A stretch of 64,000 nucleotides of DNA from Mobula hypostoma (Eukaryota), in assembly GCF_963921235.1 (NCBI RefSeq), contig NC_086108.1, forward strand, positions 11,656,001-11,720,000, in the 5' to 3' direction. Below the pieces are notes generated by a model. That model made no database searches, was not told the DNA's origin, and saw nothing but the letters and a program-made list of their open reading frames with translations. This document shows, piece after piece, positions 1-12,035 of this stretch (positions within the stretch are counted from its first letter, which is position 1; each line of letters starts with the position of its first letter). Position numbers and translations under genes: made by a program.

Positions 1-2
1 TG

Positions 3-645
3 TTACTTGTGATCTTTGCACTGCAGCTGTTTCAAAGTGGTGCTACCTTGACCTTCACCTGGAACCTCCTTCAGGGAGAGGGGGCCTTCCTTCTGCAGGT
101 CTGTGCACGACCAAGTTCTCCTTCCTTTGTGAGGGCTTGTGTCTCCTGTGGGAAAAGATGGGCCTTGAGTGACGGAAACGTTCTCATAGCCCGAAGTTAA
201 AGCTACAGCCAAGGTTTCTTTGGTGGGATCTGTCAACGTTTCCTGGACATGTTCCTCCAGACTTTCGGTCAACTTTGAAGTGGATGCTGGCATGGCCCCA
301 TTCTGACTTCCATTGGTCTGCGAGTAGACGTTACTGACCTTGGCCTTGTGTTCTGCCGTGTTGTTGTACACTTTGTACCGTATCATGAGGATGATGATGA
401 AGACAAGGACAGCAGCCACGATGATACCGCCGATGATGATGATCATGGTGCCGCCAAGAAACTGGGTGTGTGTGGAGTGGCACTGGGTATATTCCTTCTC
501 GGTGGTGAACTGCACGCAGCCCACTGCTCGGGTAGCTGTCAGGGATGTCTGCCTGTCGTCATAGACAGCCAGCACGCACAGGTCATAGTCTCGCCCGGCA
601 ACCAGGTCTTTCACCAGGAAGGTCTTGCTCGAAGATGGAATCATT
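3..645 (-). CDS. LRFN1: Coding exon of an LRFN/SALM-family gene (C-terminal FN3 part, TM helix, cytoplasmic tail); paralog most like LRFN1
   Basis: ORF 3..662 reads [30 protein letters not shown]...GCVQFTT...[33 protein letters not shown]...[10 protein letters not shown], the hallmark LRFN FN3-TM-juxtamembrane sequence. The minus strand has ttgtcttgcAG|A ATG ATT CCA (AG at 647-646), matching the R|MIP exon boundary recalled for LRFN genes. Family call is firm; LRFN1 rather than LRFN5 rests on [14 protein letters not shown] and YKVY and is tentative. Confidence 0.88.
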
Positions 646-949
646 CTGCAAGACAATTCCATGCGTTAGATAAACAACATGTGATGTCCCCCACCCACAA
701 GTGACAATAGCAACAACAACAACAACAGCAGGAGGTTTCTGCTCAGATTCCAGACACTGGAGGTGGGTTATAAGGAAGGAGCGTTTGGAGGAGGAGAGGA
801 TGGTGAGGTGGGGAAGGGATTCAAGAGCTCAGGATTCTGGCAGCCAAGTCACAGCTCCTGTGAACATGTTGCTGGGGCATGCAAACCATTTCCCAAAGAG
901 CCACTTCTCGGGTGCTATGGGTCCCTTAGAATCTGATAAAGATCGAGGG

Positions 950-1927
950 AAAACACACCTCGAGTCCTACTCAAGCGATCAGCAGTGGAAAGGGTGAGTA
1001 CTTTTAAATTCCTGAGTGTCAACATCTCTGAGAATCTACATTGGGCCCAACATACTGATGCAATTACATAGAAGACACAACAATGGTTATATTTCATTAG
1101 ATTAAGGAGACACTTGCAAATTTCTACATATTTACCATGGAGAGCATTCTAACTGGCTGCCTCACCAGAACCTCAGCCAGTTCCATCACGGGCACTAGCC
1201 TGTCCAACATTGAGGACACCTTCAAAAGGCGACACATCAAAAAGATGGCATTCATCGTTAAAGGCCCCCATTGCCCAGGACATATCCTCTTCTCATTGCT
1301 ACTATGAAGGAGGAGGTACAGAAGCCTGAAGACACACAATGATTCATGAACAGCTTCTCCTTTGCCATTAGATTTCTGAAGAAACATTGAACGAATGAGC
1401 ACTACCTCGCTTTTTTTTTGCAGATGTCTGCAGGTGTACCATGGAAAACAATCTAACTGGCTGCATCACTGGTATGCGGGGAGGGGCCACGGCGCAGACT
1501 CAAGATAAGCTGCAGAGAGTTATAAACTGGGCCATGCTCATCATGGGCACTATCCTCCACAGTATCCAGGATATCTTCAAGAAGCGATACCTCAGAAAGG
1601 CAGTGTCAATGGTTAAGGATCCCCATCACCCAGGTCATGCTTTGTTCTCATTGCTTCCATCAGGGAGGAGGCAGAGAAGCCGAAAGACACACACTCAACA
1701 ATTCAGGAACAGCTTCTTCCCCTCTGCTGTCTGATTTCTGAATGGACAATGAACCCATGAACACTAACCACCACATCTTTATTTCTATTTTTGCACTACT
1801 TATTTAACTATATATGCTTACTCTAATTAACATTTTTTTCTGTCTATTGTGATGTATCACATTGTACGGCTGCCACAAAGCAACAAATTTCACAACATAT
1901 GCCAGTGGTATTAAACCTCGTTCTGAT
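950..1927 (+). mobile_element. Two tandem 3' fragments of a Rex/Babar-like non-LTR element
   Basis: Degenerate FKFLGVNISEDL.W..H and SILTGCIT motifs, the recurrent 'ttcaggaacagcttcttcccctctgc' segment and a 'taaacct..ttctgat' tail; homologous to 59430-61490. Confidence 0.7.
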
Positions 1928-2244
1928 CCCTGATCCCTCATCCAGTTGGGATGTTCCATTCAACACTGTGTGCACAGGGAAGAAATTGGCTACGGGTGCA
2001 CTTTAAATGCAACGGAACAATGAAGTCAGTATACGGGTGCATTTAAATTGAACCCTGTGATGTGAATTCAACTGGCAGACAAAGGCTGATAATATGCACT
2101 TCCTCAGCAGTAGGTCTCAGAGAGAAAGGCTGTCGATATGATCTGTCAAAAGCAACAGTGATGAAAATAGAAAGAGAACCTTCTCCAAATCATTCCAACA
2201 GATCTCTGTTAACCATCTCAGTCACACCATGTGCTATCACGAGA

Positions 2245-3465
2245 GCCTGGATAAACTTGGGCTGTTTTCTCTGAAGTGCTGGAGGCCGAGGGGAGATCTG
2301 ACAGAGCTCTACAAGACTATGAAAGACACAGACAGAGTGGACAGAGAGTATCTGTTTCCCAGGGTTGAAATATCTAATGGCATGCATTGAAGATGAGAAG
2401 GGGTATGTTCAAGGGGGATGTGAGGGGTAAGTTTTTTTACTCAGAGAGTGGTGGATGCCTGGAACGCACTGCCTGGTATGGTGGTGGAGGCATCTGGATA
2501 GGCACATGGATGTATGGAAGATGGAGGGATATGGACATGGCGTAGATAGGAAGGATTAATGTTTGGGCGTTATTGATTTGCTTTTTAGTTGGGTTGGCAT
2601 AGCATTGTGGGTTGAATCACAAACAAGAGAGCATCTGCAGATGCTGGAAATCCAAGCAAGACATTAAAAATAAGTGCTACACCTGCCCCTACACCTCCTA
2701 CTTCACTACTATCCAGAGCCCCAAACAGTCCTTCCAGGTGAGACAAAACTTCACCTGTGAGTCTGTTGGAGTCATCTACTGTATCCAGTGCTTCTGGTGT
2801 GACTTTCTGTATATCAGTGACACCCGAGGTAGATTGGAAGATCGCCTCGCCAAGCACCAAAACTCCATCCACCAGAAAAAGCGGCATCTCCCAGTGGCTC
2901 CTCATTTCAGTTCCACTTCCCATTCCTATTCTGACACGTCAGTCCATGGCCTGCTCTACTGCTGCGATGAGGCCACACTCAGGCTGGAGGAGCAACACCT
3001 TATATTCTGTCTGGGTAGCCTCCAACATGATGGCATGAACATTGATTTCTTGAACTTCCAGTCATGCCCACTCCTTCTCCATTCCCCATCCTCTTTTCCC
3101 TCTCTCACCTTATCTCCTTCCCTGTGCATCACCTCACTCTGGTGCTCCTCCCCCTTTTCTTTCTTCTATGGCCTTCTGCCCTCTCCTATCGGATACCCCC
3201 TTCTCCAGCCCTGTATTTCTTTCACCAATCGACTTCCCAGCTCTTTACTTCACCCCTCCCCACTGGTTTCACCTATCACCTTGAGTTTCTTCCTCCCCTC
3301 CCCCCACCTACTAACTCAAACTCCTCATCTTTTTGTCTCCAGTCCTGAAGGAGGGTGTCGGCACAAAATGTCAACTGTATTCTTTTCCATAGATCCTGCC
3401 TGGCCCATTGTGGGCTGAATGGCCTGTTCCTGTGCTGTAGTCTTCTACATTCTACGTTCTATGTG
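2245..3465 (+). mobile_element. CR1 3' fragment split by a Penelope insertion (CR1 parts about 2245-2617 and 3406-3465)
   Basis: CR1 end motifs (tttttactcagagagtggtggatgcctggaa...gggctgaatggcctgttcctgtgctgta, ttctac/ttctatg tail) resume after the insert. Confidence 0.75.
2618..3405 (+). mobile_element. 5'-truncated Penelope-like element (GIY-YIG endonuclease remnant plus pseudo-LTR)
   Basis: ORF 2612..3418 contains VIYCIQC..CDFLYISDTRGRLEDRLAKH...HFSS.SHS, a GIY-YIG domain. Degenerate hammerhead at 3341-3376. Flanked by 15-bp direct repeat cattgtggg(t/c)tgaat at 2603-2617 and 3406-3420. Confidence 0.88.
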
Positions 3466-3599
3466 ACCCCACCTGAGAGAACCCTGGGCCCTGTTCACAA
3501 GTGATGGAAGCCCCAATCTCCTGGCTGGAATTTAAAGGTGTTGCTCATTCAAATGGGTCAAAATGTCACCCAGTCTCCATTGGAAAATGGAAACTGGTT

Positions 3600-4290
3600 T
3601 ATACAAAAAGATAAATAATGTATGAGATCATGAAAAGGCAACGTAACTTCATTGGACATGTGATTAGGAAATAGGAGTTAGAATGCATGATAATTATGGA
3701 AAAGGTTGAAGGGAAGAAAGCAAGAGGAAGGCAAAGATCATTCGTAAGTCCAGTGATGTTGTGGGGATGGAACTGGACTCTCTGACAGTGGTGTCTGAAA
3801 AGAGGATGCTGTCCAAATTGCATGTCATCTTGGACAATGTCTCCTGTCCACTACATAATGTACTGGGTGAACACAGGAGTACATTCAGCCAGAGACTCAT
3901 TCCACCGAGATGCAACACAGAGCGTCATAGGAAGTCATTCCTGCCTGTGGCCATCAAACTTTACAACTCCTCCCTTGGAGGTTCAGACACCCGGAGCTAA
4001 AAGCTGGTCCTGGACTTATTTCCTGGCATAATTTACATATTACTGTTTAACTATTTATGGTTTTATTACTATTTATTATTTTCGGTGCAACTGTAACAAA
4101 AACCAATTTCCCCCGGGATCAATAAAGTATGACTATGACTAAGACAAATGATGGTGGAGACAGCAGCCAGAGAACTGGAAATGAATACCAATGAATTGAT
4201 CCACTTGACCCGAAACAGGAGTGTGTGGGCCATGGCAGTCAAAGCTCAAACTGGGCATGGCAACTGATGATGATGATGATGACGATGATT
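3600..4290 (+). mobile_element. RTE-like LINE 3' fragment interrupted by a Rex/Babar-like insertion
   Basis: IGHVIR...IMEKVEGKKARGRQR C-terminal motif and a (TGA)n tail at 4265-4290; split at aaga (3734-3737 and 4141-4144). Confidence 0.65.
3738..4140 (+). mobile_element. Rex/Babar-like LINE 3' end
   Basis: MGMELDSLTVVSEKRMLSKLH...RHRKSFLPVAIKLYN with aataaag(tatgac)n tail; close sister copy at 41455-41860. Confidence 0.75.
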
Positions 4291-4324
4291 CCATTTGGCA
4301 CAGTTTTGCATACCATCCATACAA

Positions 4325-4510
4325 ATCACTTCATCGACAATAGCATACAAAAATGCAGGAGGAACTCAGCAGGTCAGGCAGCATCTATGGAGAGGAATAA
4401 ACAGTTGACTTTTCAGGCTGAGACCCTTCATCAGGATTGGAAAGGAAGGGTGAAGATGCCTGAATAAGAAGGTGAGGGGAAGGATATGGAATACAGGTGA
4501 GAGGTGAGAT
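4325..4510 (-). mobile_element. Short Penelope pseudo-LTR fragment with degenerate hammerhead
   Basis: Reverse complement of 4401-4440 is ccaatcCTGATGAagggtctcagcctGAAAagtcaactgt, followed by 'gatgctgcctgacctgctgagttcctcc'. Confidence 0.75.
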
Positions 4511-4831
4511 GTGAGGAAATTACATGATATCAGTGCATTGATGTTGTACTCATTCGAAGTGCCACCAGATAACTTGTAATGTACCTTGCAATATTTAATT
4601 TACGCACATTACTATATTTATCTACGTGTAATTTATTTGTAGATTTCTTACTTTCCAAAGTTAGTGTGTGTAATATATCTGTTATGTGTACTACACCCTG
4701 ATCTAGAGAGACATTGCTTTGTTTGGCAGTGTACATGTATATAGTTAAATGACAATGAACTTGACTTGACAAGAGAAACGACAAAACAAAATATATTGGT
4801 ATAGTTTTAGAGGAGGTGTAGAAAAAGTGCA

Positions 4832-5220
4832 TTTATTTATTTTTATTTATTTTTATTTATTAGGGTACAGAGCAGAATAGGCCATTCTGTGCCACCCAGC
4901 TATCCCCCCCCCCACCCAATTTAATCCTAGCCTAATCAGCAGACAATTTAAAAAGACTAATTCACCTGTTTCCTCAAGCCTCAGGGCCCAGCAATCCCCC
5001 AATTTAACCTGACCCTAATCACACAACAACGTACTATGATCAATTAAGCTACCGACCGGTACGTCTTTGGCCTGTGGGAGGAAACTGGAGCACCAGGAGG
5101 GAACCCACGCGGTCACGGGGAGAACGTACAAACTCCTTACAGGCAGTGGCGGGAATTGAACTCAGGTCTGCTCTACTGTAGAGCGCTGTGCTAACCATTA
5201 CACGACCATGCCACCCCCAC
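4832..5220 (-). mobile_element. tRNA-derived V-SINE (HE1-type)
   Basis: Minus strand has A/B-box-like 'tggtcgtgtaatggtt' and 'gagttcaattccc', the V-domain 'ggagtttgtacgttctccccgtg...ccagtttcctcccaca..ccaaagac' and a (TAAA)n tail. Confidence 0.8.
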
Positions 5221-5259
5221 CACCTCCAGCGCCACTGTGGGCTACGATGTGCTATATTA

Positions 5260-5605
5260 TAAAGTCAAAAGTTTAATTGCCATACAAGAGGTCCATTTAA
5301 CAGTTTTACCAAAGTGGGAGAGAAGCTGCCCTTGAGCCTGGTGCTACATGCTTTCAGGCTTTTGTATCTTTTGCCTGATGGAGGGTTGAGAAAAGAGAAT
5401 GTGAGGGTGGGAGGGGGTCTTTGATTATGCTGGCTGATTTCCTGAAGCAGTGAAAAGTGTAGACAGAGTCCATAGAGGGGTTAACTTTTGTAAGTGCTGT
5501 GGTGTTCCACAAACACTCTGAAATTTCTTGAGCAGTGCAGTTGCCATCCCAATCTGGATAGAATAGGTTGCTTTCTATGGTGCATCTATCAAAATTGGTG
5601 AGGGT
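5260..5605 (-). mobile_element. Rex/Babar-like 3' fragment
   Basis: CTIES.L...WDGNCTAQ...SIIKDP..PSHSLFS motif in ORF 5354..5635. Confidence 0.6.
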
Positions 5606-8600
5606 CAATAGACAATAGGTGCAGGAGTAGGCCATTCAGCCTTTCGAGCCAGCACCACCATTCACTGTGATCATGGCTGATCATCCACAATCAGTACCCT
5701 GTTCCTGCCTTCTCCCCATATCCCTTCACTCCACTATCTTTAAGAGCTCTATCGAACTCTTTCTTCAAAGAATCCAGAGAATTGGCCTCCACTGCCTTCT
5801 AAGGCAGAGCATTCCACAGATCCACAATTCTCTGTGTGAAAAAGTTTTTTCTCAACTCCGTTATAAATGGTCTACCCCTTATTCTTAAACTGTGGCCTCT
5901 GGTTCTGGACTCCCCCAACATCCAGAACATGTTTCCTGCCTTTAGCATGTTCAATCCCTTAATAATCTTATATGTTTCAATCAGATCCCTCTTATCCTTC
6001 TAAATTCCAGTGTATACAAGCCCAGTCGCTCCAATCTTTCAACATATGACATTCCCGTCATCTCTGGAATTAACCCAGTGAACATATGCTGCACTCCCTC
6101 TATAGCAAGAATGTCCTTCCTCAAATTTGGAGACCAAAACTGCACACAATACTCCAGGTTGGGTCTCACTAGGGCCTTGTACAACTGCAGAAGGTCCTCT
6201 TTGCTCCTATACTCAACTCACCTTGTTATGAAGGCCAACGTGCCATTAGCTTTCTTCATTGCCTGCTGTACCTGTATGCTTACTTTCAGTGACTGATGAA
6301 CAAGGACACCCAGATCTTGTTGTACTTCCCCTTTTCCTAACTTGACACCATTCAGATAGTAATTTGCCTTCCTGTTCTTGCCACCAAAGTTGATAAAGTC
6401 ACACTTATCCACATTAAACTGCATCTGCCATGCATCTGCCCACTCACCCAACCTGTCCAAGTCACCCTGCATTCTCATAACATCCTCCTCACATTTCACA
6501 CTGTCACCCAGCTTTGTGTCATCTGCAAATTTGCTAATGTTACTTTTAATCCCTTCATCTAAATCATTAATGTATATTGTAAATAGCTGTGGTCCCAGCA
6601 CCGAGCCTTGCGATACCCCACTAGTCACTGCCTGCCATTCTGAAAAGGACACATTAATCCCTACTCTTTGTTTCCTTTCTGCCAACCAATTTTCTATCCA
6701 TGTCAGTACCCTGCCTCCAAAACCATGTGCTCTAATTTTGCCCACTAACCTCCTATGTGGGACCTTATCAAAGGCTTTCTTAAAGTCCAGGTACACTACA
6801 TCCACTGGCTTTCCTTTGTCCATTTTCATAGTTACATCCTCAAAAAGTTCCAGAAGATTAGTCAAGCATGTTTTCCCCTTCGTAAATCCATGCTGACTCG
6901 GACCAATCCTGTTATTGCTATCCAAATGTGCCACTATTTCATCCTTTATAATTAACTCCAGCATCTTCCCCACCACTGATGTCAGACTAACAGGTCTATA
7001 ATTGCCTGTCTTCTCTCTCCTTCCTTTCTTAAAAAGTGGGGTAACATTAGCTACCCTCCAATCCTCAGGAACTGATCCTGAATCTATAGAACATTGGAAA
7101 ATGATTACCAATGCATCCACAATTTCTAGAGCCACCTCCTCAAGTACCCTGGGACGCAGACCATCAGGCCCTGGGGACTTATCAGCCTTCAGTCCCATCA
7201 GTTTACCCAACACCATTTTCTGCCTAATGCGAATTTCCTTCAGTTCCTCCGTTACCACTATCACATCTGGGAGATTGTTTGTGTTTTCCCTAGTGAAGAC
7301 AGATCCAAAGTATCTATTCAGCTTGTCTGCCATTTCCTTGTTCCCCATACTAATTTCACCTGTTTCTGTCTTCAAGAGCACAACTTTGGTCTTAACTAAT
7401 TTTTTCCTCTTCACATACCTAAAGAAGTTCTTACTATCCTCCTTCATATTCTTGGCCAGCTTACCTTCGTACCTTATCTTTTCCCCCTGTATTGCCTTTT
7501 AGTTATCTTCTGTTGCTCCTTAAAAGTCTCCCAATCCTCTGGCTTCCTGCTCATCCTTGCTATGTTATGCTCCCTCTCTTTTATTTTTATACTGTCCTTG
7601 ACTTCCCTTGTCATCCACAGTCGCCCCTTACTCCTCTTAGAATCTTTCTTCCTCTTTGAAATGAACTGATCCTGCACCTTCTATATTATTCCCAGAAATA
7701 CCTGCCATTGTTGATCCACTGTCATCCCTGCTAGGGTATCTTTCCAGTCAATTTTAGCCAGCTCCTCCCTTATGGACCCATAGTCCCTTTTGTTCAACTG
7801 TAATACTGACACTTCCGATTTTCCCTTCTCCCTCTCAAATTGTAGATTAAAACTTATCCTATTATTGTCACTACCTCCTAATGGCTCCTTTACCTTGAGT
7901 TCCATTATCAAATCTGGCTCATTACACAACACTAAATCCAGAATTGCCTTCTCCCTGGTAGGCTCTAATACAAGCTGCTCTAAGAATCCATCTCTGAGGC
8001 ACTCCACAAACTCCCTTTCTTGGGGTCCAGTACCAGCCTGATTTTCCCAGTCTACCTGCATGTTGAAATCCCCCATAACAACCATAGTATTACCTTTGCG
8101 ACATGTCAATTTTAATTCTTGATTTAAGTTGCACCCTATATCCAGGCTACTGTTTGGGGGCCTGTAGATAACTCCCATTAGGGTCTTTTTGCCCTGACAT
8201 TTTCTCAGTTTTATCCATACTGACTGTACTTCTCCTGATTCTATGTCCCCCCTGGCAAATGACTGAATTTCATTCCTCACCAACAGAGTCACCCCAGCCC
8301 CTCTGCCAACCAGTCTGTCCTTTCGATAGGATGTATATCCCTGAATATTCATTTCCCAGCCCTGATCCTCTTGCAGCCGTGTCTCTGTTATTCCCACAAC
8401 AATTTCCAACTGAGTCTCAAGCTCATCCACTTTATTTCTTATACTCCATGCATTCATATATAATACTTTTAATCCATTTAACGTAATACTTTTACTCCCC
8501 TCACCTTTCACGTCGATTCCTATTGCACTTGGCCATACTCTCCGATCCCTTCCTGATCTTTCTGTCCCATTAATTCTGTTGTCTTTCTTAACTTTTCTTA

Positions 8601-8740
8601 TTCTCTGTTTCCCTATAACTCCATCCTTATATTTCCAGTTCGTCCCCTCCCCCCACTACTTAGTTTAAACACACTGGTGTAGCAATGCAAACCTGCCTGC
8701 CAGAACGCTGATCCCCCGTCTGTTAAGATGCAACCCATTG
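5606..8740 (-). mobile_element. CR1 LINE with near-complete disrupted ORF2 (APE endonuclease plus RT)
   Basis: ORFs 7681..8511 (YMNAWSIRNK, GITET, VIYRPP, MGDFN), 7474..7677, 6218..7447 (YRPVSLTS, LDFKKAFDKVPH, QGSVLGP, KFADD) and 5981..6184; (CTATTGT)n tail at about 5606-5620. Confidence 0.95.
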
Positions 8741-9774
8741 CTGCACTACAGGAAGGAGGGGGAAAGGGTGCAGAGGAGATTCACAAGGATGCTGCTTTGA
8801 TCGGAGGACTTTACAGAGAGATGGACTTGTTTTCCCTGGAGTGAAAGAGGCAGAACAGATTGTGATGTGGGCAAAGGAAGCATTGATCATCAGAATATTG
8901 TCCATGGTAGAGGTATCACAAACAAGAGAGCAGAGACTCAAGGTGAGGGGAAAAGTCTTAGAGGGTACTTACAGGGAGAGATTGATATCTGCCAGAGGAG
9001 GTGATGGAATCAGATTGAATCCCACATATTTCACAGAGCAACACGGATTTCAGGAAGTGTTTTGGCCAAGCCTCCTCAGGTATCCCAAATATTGTTGTTG
9101 TAGGGCATCTTTTTCTATCTGATGCCCAGATGTGATAGAATGTGGATTGAGAAGTTTGACATGGTATTGCATAAAATACAATACTTTTTTTTTTGCGTAT
9201 CATTGAATAAGAAATGACAATATTAATCATTGTTAGAGAAAAGAAAATATTGATTAAAATGAGCCTGAATGCAATCATGATGAGGTTCTGCATGATTCCA
9301 AACAGATCACTATAAATACCAGTGATTATCATGAAACATGTAATTATCTAGTTGTTGAAAGTGTAAAGGCTCCTTTTCCCCTTCTCATTAAGCTTTATAT
9401 TGAACATGAACACAGATTTTGCTTTTCCACAGCTAGTCTAATGTGTAGCCACACAATTTTATGAATATTGTTTGCATTTTAGACAATTCCGTGTTCATTC
9501 CGGTGTTAATATAACCTTTCCCAATGCCAGTGTCAGCCACAGGCAAGATTGCAGCCAGCTGTAAACCTCTCTCTTCCCTGTACCAACCGTACAGGCAAAC
9601 CAACCTTAGTCCCAGGAAAGCACTGGAAAGCTGCTTTCTACTTGGCAGCTGAGGGTCAGGTAGACAAGTACCACTGCAGATGGGTGCCCATTATCAGCTG
9701 CTGCTGGATAATGTTGGTGTGAATGGTCAGGAGGGAGAGGTGTGCTGAGAAGAATTTCCAAGGGATTCTAGTTA

Positions 9775-10588
9775 CGCTCAGTGGCTATTTTATTAGTTAC
9801 CTCCTGTACCCTATCAAGTGGCAACTGAGTGTATGTTCATGGTCTTCTGCTGCTGCAGCCCATCCTCTTCGAAGTTCGACACATGGTGCAGTCAGAGATA
9901 CTTTTCTGCAGACCACTGTTGTAACACGTGGGGTTATTTGAGTTACTGTCACCTTCCTGTCAGCTTGAACTAGTCTCACCATTCTCCTCTGACGTCTCTC
10001 ACTAATAAGGTGTTTTCGCCCACAAAACTGTCACCCACTGGATGTTTTTCCCACCATTCTCTGTAAACGCTAGAGTGAAGCTTCCCAACTTGGGGTCCAC
10101 AGACCCCTCAGTTAATAGTAGGGGGTCTGTGGCATAGGAAAAGTTGGGAGCCCCTTCTCCACAGACTGTTGGGCATGAAATCCCAGGAGATGTTGTTAGA
10201 TTCTTGATTTCTCAGGGCATGAAAGGATACAGGGAGAAGGCAGGAGAGTGGGACTGAGAGGAAAAAAGTGGATGAGCCATGATGAAATGGTGGAGCAAAC
10301 TCAACAGGCCAAATGGCTTAATTCTGCTCTATTTCTGATGGTCTCATGGAGATCAGCAGTTTCTGAGATATTCAATCCACCCCATACAACACCAACAATC
10401 AATCCACGGTCAAAGTCACTTGGATCATATTTCTTCCCCATTCTGGTGTGTGAGCTGAACAGCAACTGAACCACGTGACCATATCTCTATACTTTTATGC
10501 ATTAGGTTGCTGCGACACGATTGACTGATTAGATATCTGCATTAGCAAGCAGGGGTACAAGTGCACTGAATAACGTGGCCACTGAGCG
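9775..10588 (-). mobile_element. Non-autonomous Tc1-like DNA transposon with nested inserts
   Basis: TIRs cgctcagtggc...tatt and aata..gtggccactgagcg, flanked by TA at 9773-9774 and 10589-10590. Transposase remnant MVRLVQADRKVTVTQIT (9797..9982). Contains a small hairpin element (about 10070-10160) and a CR1 tail (10192-10347, TSD ggagat). Confidence 0.8.
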
Positions 10589-10744
10589 TAAGACCCTGTG
10601 ACGGAGCTGGACGTAGACTTTGACAATATCTGAATGTGGTCATCACCAGGCAATTCTAGAATTTCTAGTTCATGCTGAGTTCCCCAGTCAGCATTCCAGC
10701 AAGTCATCTTTTCAAACTGTTGCAGACTCCTGAAGGCAGCTTCA

Positions 10745-11380
10745 TGTTGAAGCTCACAAAAGTTGAAGGCTACACAGATCAATAGGGTGGTTAAGAAGTT
10801 TTACAGAATGCTTGCTTTTATCAGTCCAGGCACTGAGTTCAAAAGTCAAGAGGTTATGTTCCAACTGTATAGAACTCTGGTTCAGCCACATCTGGAGTAT
10901 TGCATACAATTCTGGTTGTCCCACTATAGGAGGATGTTGAGGCATTAGAGAGGGTGCAGGAGAGGTTGACCAGGATGCTGCCTGGTTTAAAGGAATGTGC
11001 ATCATGAGAGGCTGGATAAACTCGGGCTGTTTTCCCTGAGGCTAAGATTCTGAGAGGTATAGGGTTGAGGTGTCTAATACCAGAGGGCATGCATTGAAAG
11101 TGAGAGAGGGTAGGTTCAAGGGGGATGTGAGGGGTAAGTTTTTCACTCAGAGCGTGGTGGATGCCTGGAATACACTGCCTGGCATGGTGGCAAAGGCAAA
11201 TACATTAGAGCCTTGTAAGAGGAGTTTGGATAGGCACATGAATGTGAGGAAGATGAAGAGATATGGATATTGATGGATTAGTTTTTGCAGTTTTTAAATT
11301 TACTTTTTAGCTGGCTCAGCACAACATTATGGGGTGAATGGCCTGTTCCTGTACTGTACTGCTCTATGTTTTATGTTTAC
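10745..11380 (+). mobile_element. CR1 3' fragment
   Basis: LYRTLVQPHLEYCIQFW, TRGHALKV and FFTQSVVDAWN motifs; ctctatgttttatg tail. Confidence 0.85.
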
Positions 11381-11664
11381 CTCACTGCTTCTTACTCATC
11401 TCCTTGTAGGTACCTACATACTTATTGTACCAAAAATGTCTCACACTCACACCAGTGCCAGCTCAAACAAACCCTTGGCTCAGCAAAAACGTGGCTGATC
11501 ATACCAACAAACAGTATCTGCAAACTTGCGCAAGGAGATTTTTTTTTCATATTCATTCGCTCATTATGTGACATGAGTGAAAGAATGCCTTACACCTTCT
11601 TTGGTAGAAACATATCTCCACCCTGCCACCCAAAATGATCAATCTCCCAAAATGAAAATATTGA

Positions 11665-12035
11665 CTGGAGTCATGCAACATGACAAACACAGAAACAGAC
11701 CTTTCAGCCCGTCTAGTCTGTGCTGTACTGTTATTATGCCTACTCTCATCAACATGCACTGGGACTATAGCCCTCCATACCCCTCCCAATCATGTACCTA
11801 TCCAAACTTCTCTTAAATGTTGAAATCCAAATCGGATCCATCACTTGCACCGGCAGCTCATTCCACACTCTCACCACCCTCTGAGTGAAGAATTTTCTCT
11901 TTCAGTTCTCCTTAAACTTTGCACCTTTCACCTTTCACCCTTAAATCATGACCTCCAGCTATAGTTCAACCTAGCCTCAGTGGAAAAAACCTGCTTGCAC
12001 TTACCCTAACCATACCCCTCATAAATTGTGTACTA
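11665..12035 (-). mobile_element. CR1 3' fragment
   Basis: Reverse complement of the CR1 end, including 'cagagggtggtgagagtgtggaatgagctgcc'. Confidence 0.75.

Noticed and set aside
646..662. N-terminal MELSCR of ORF 3..662 as a real start
   Set aside because: It lies upstream of the splice acceptor; the protein begins mid-FN3 domain, so this is an internal or terminal exon.
9..997. Plus-strand ORFs 9..200, 340..564, 348..704 and 701..997
   Set aside because: Antisense shadows of the LRFN exon or short low-complexity frames without recognisable domains.
6378..8041. Long antisense ORFs over CR1 ORF2 (also 19085..19489, 59924..60328 and 62692..63084)
   Set aside because: Typical antisense open frames caused by the codon bias of LINE RT sequence.
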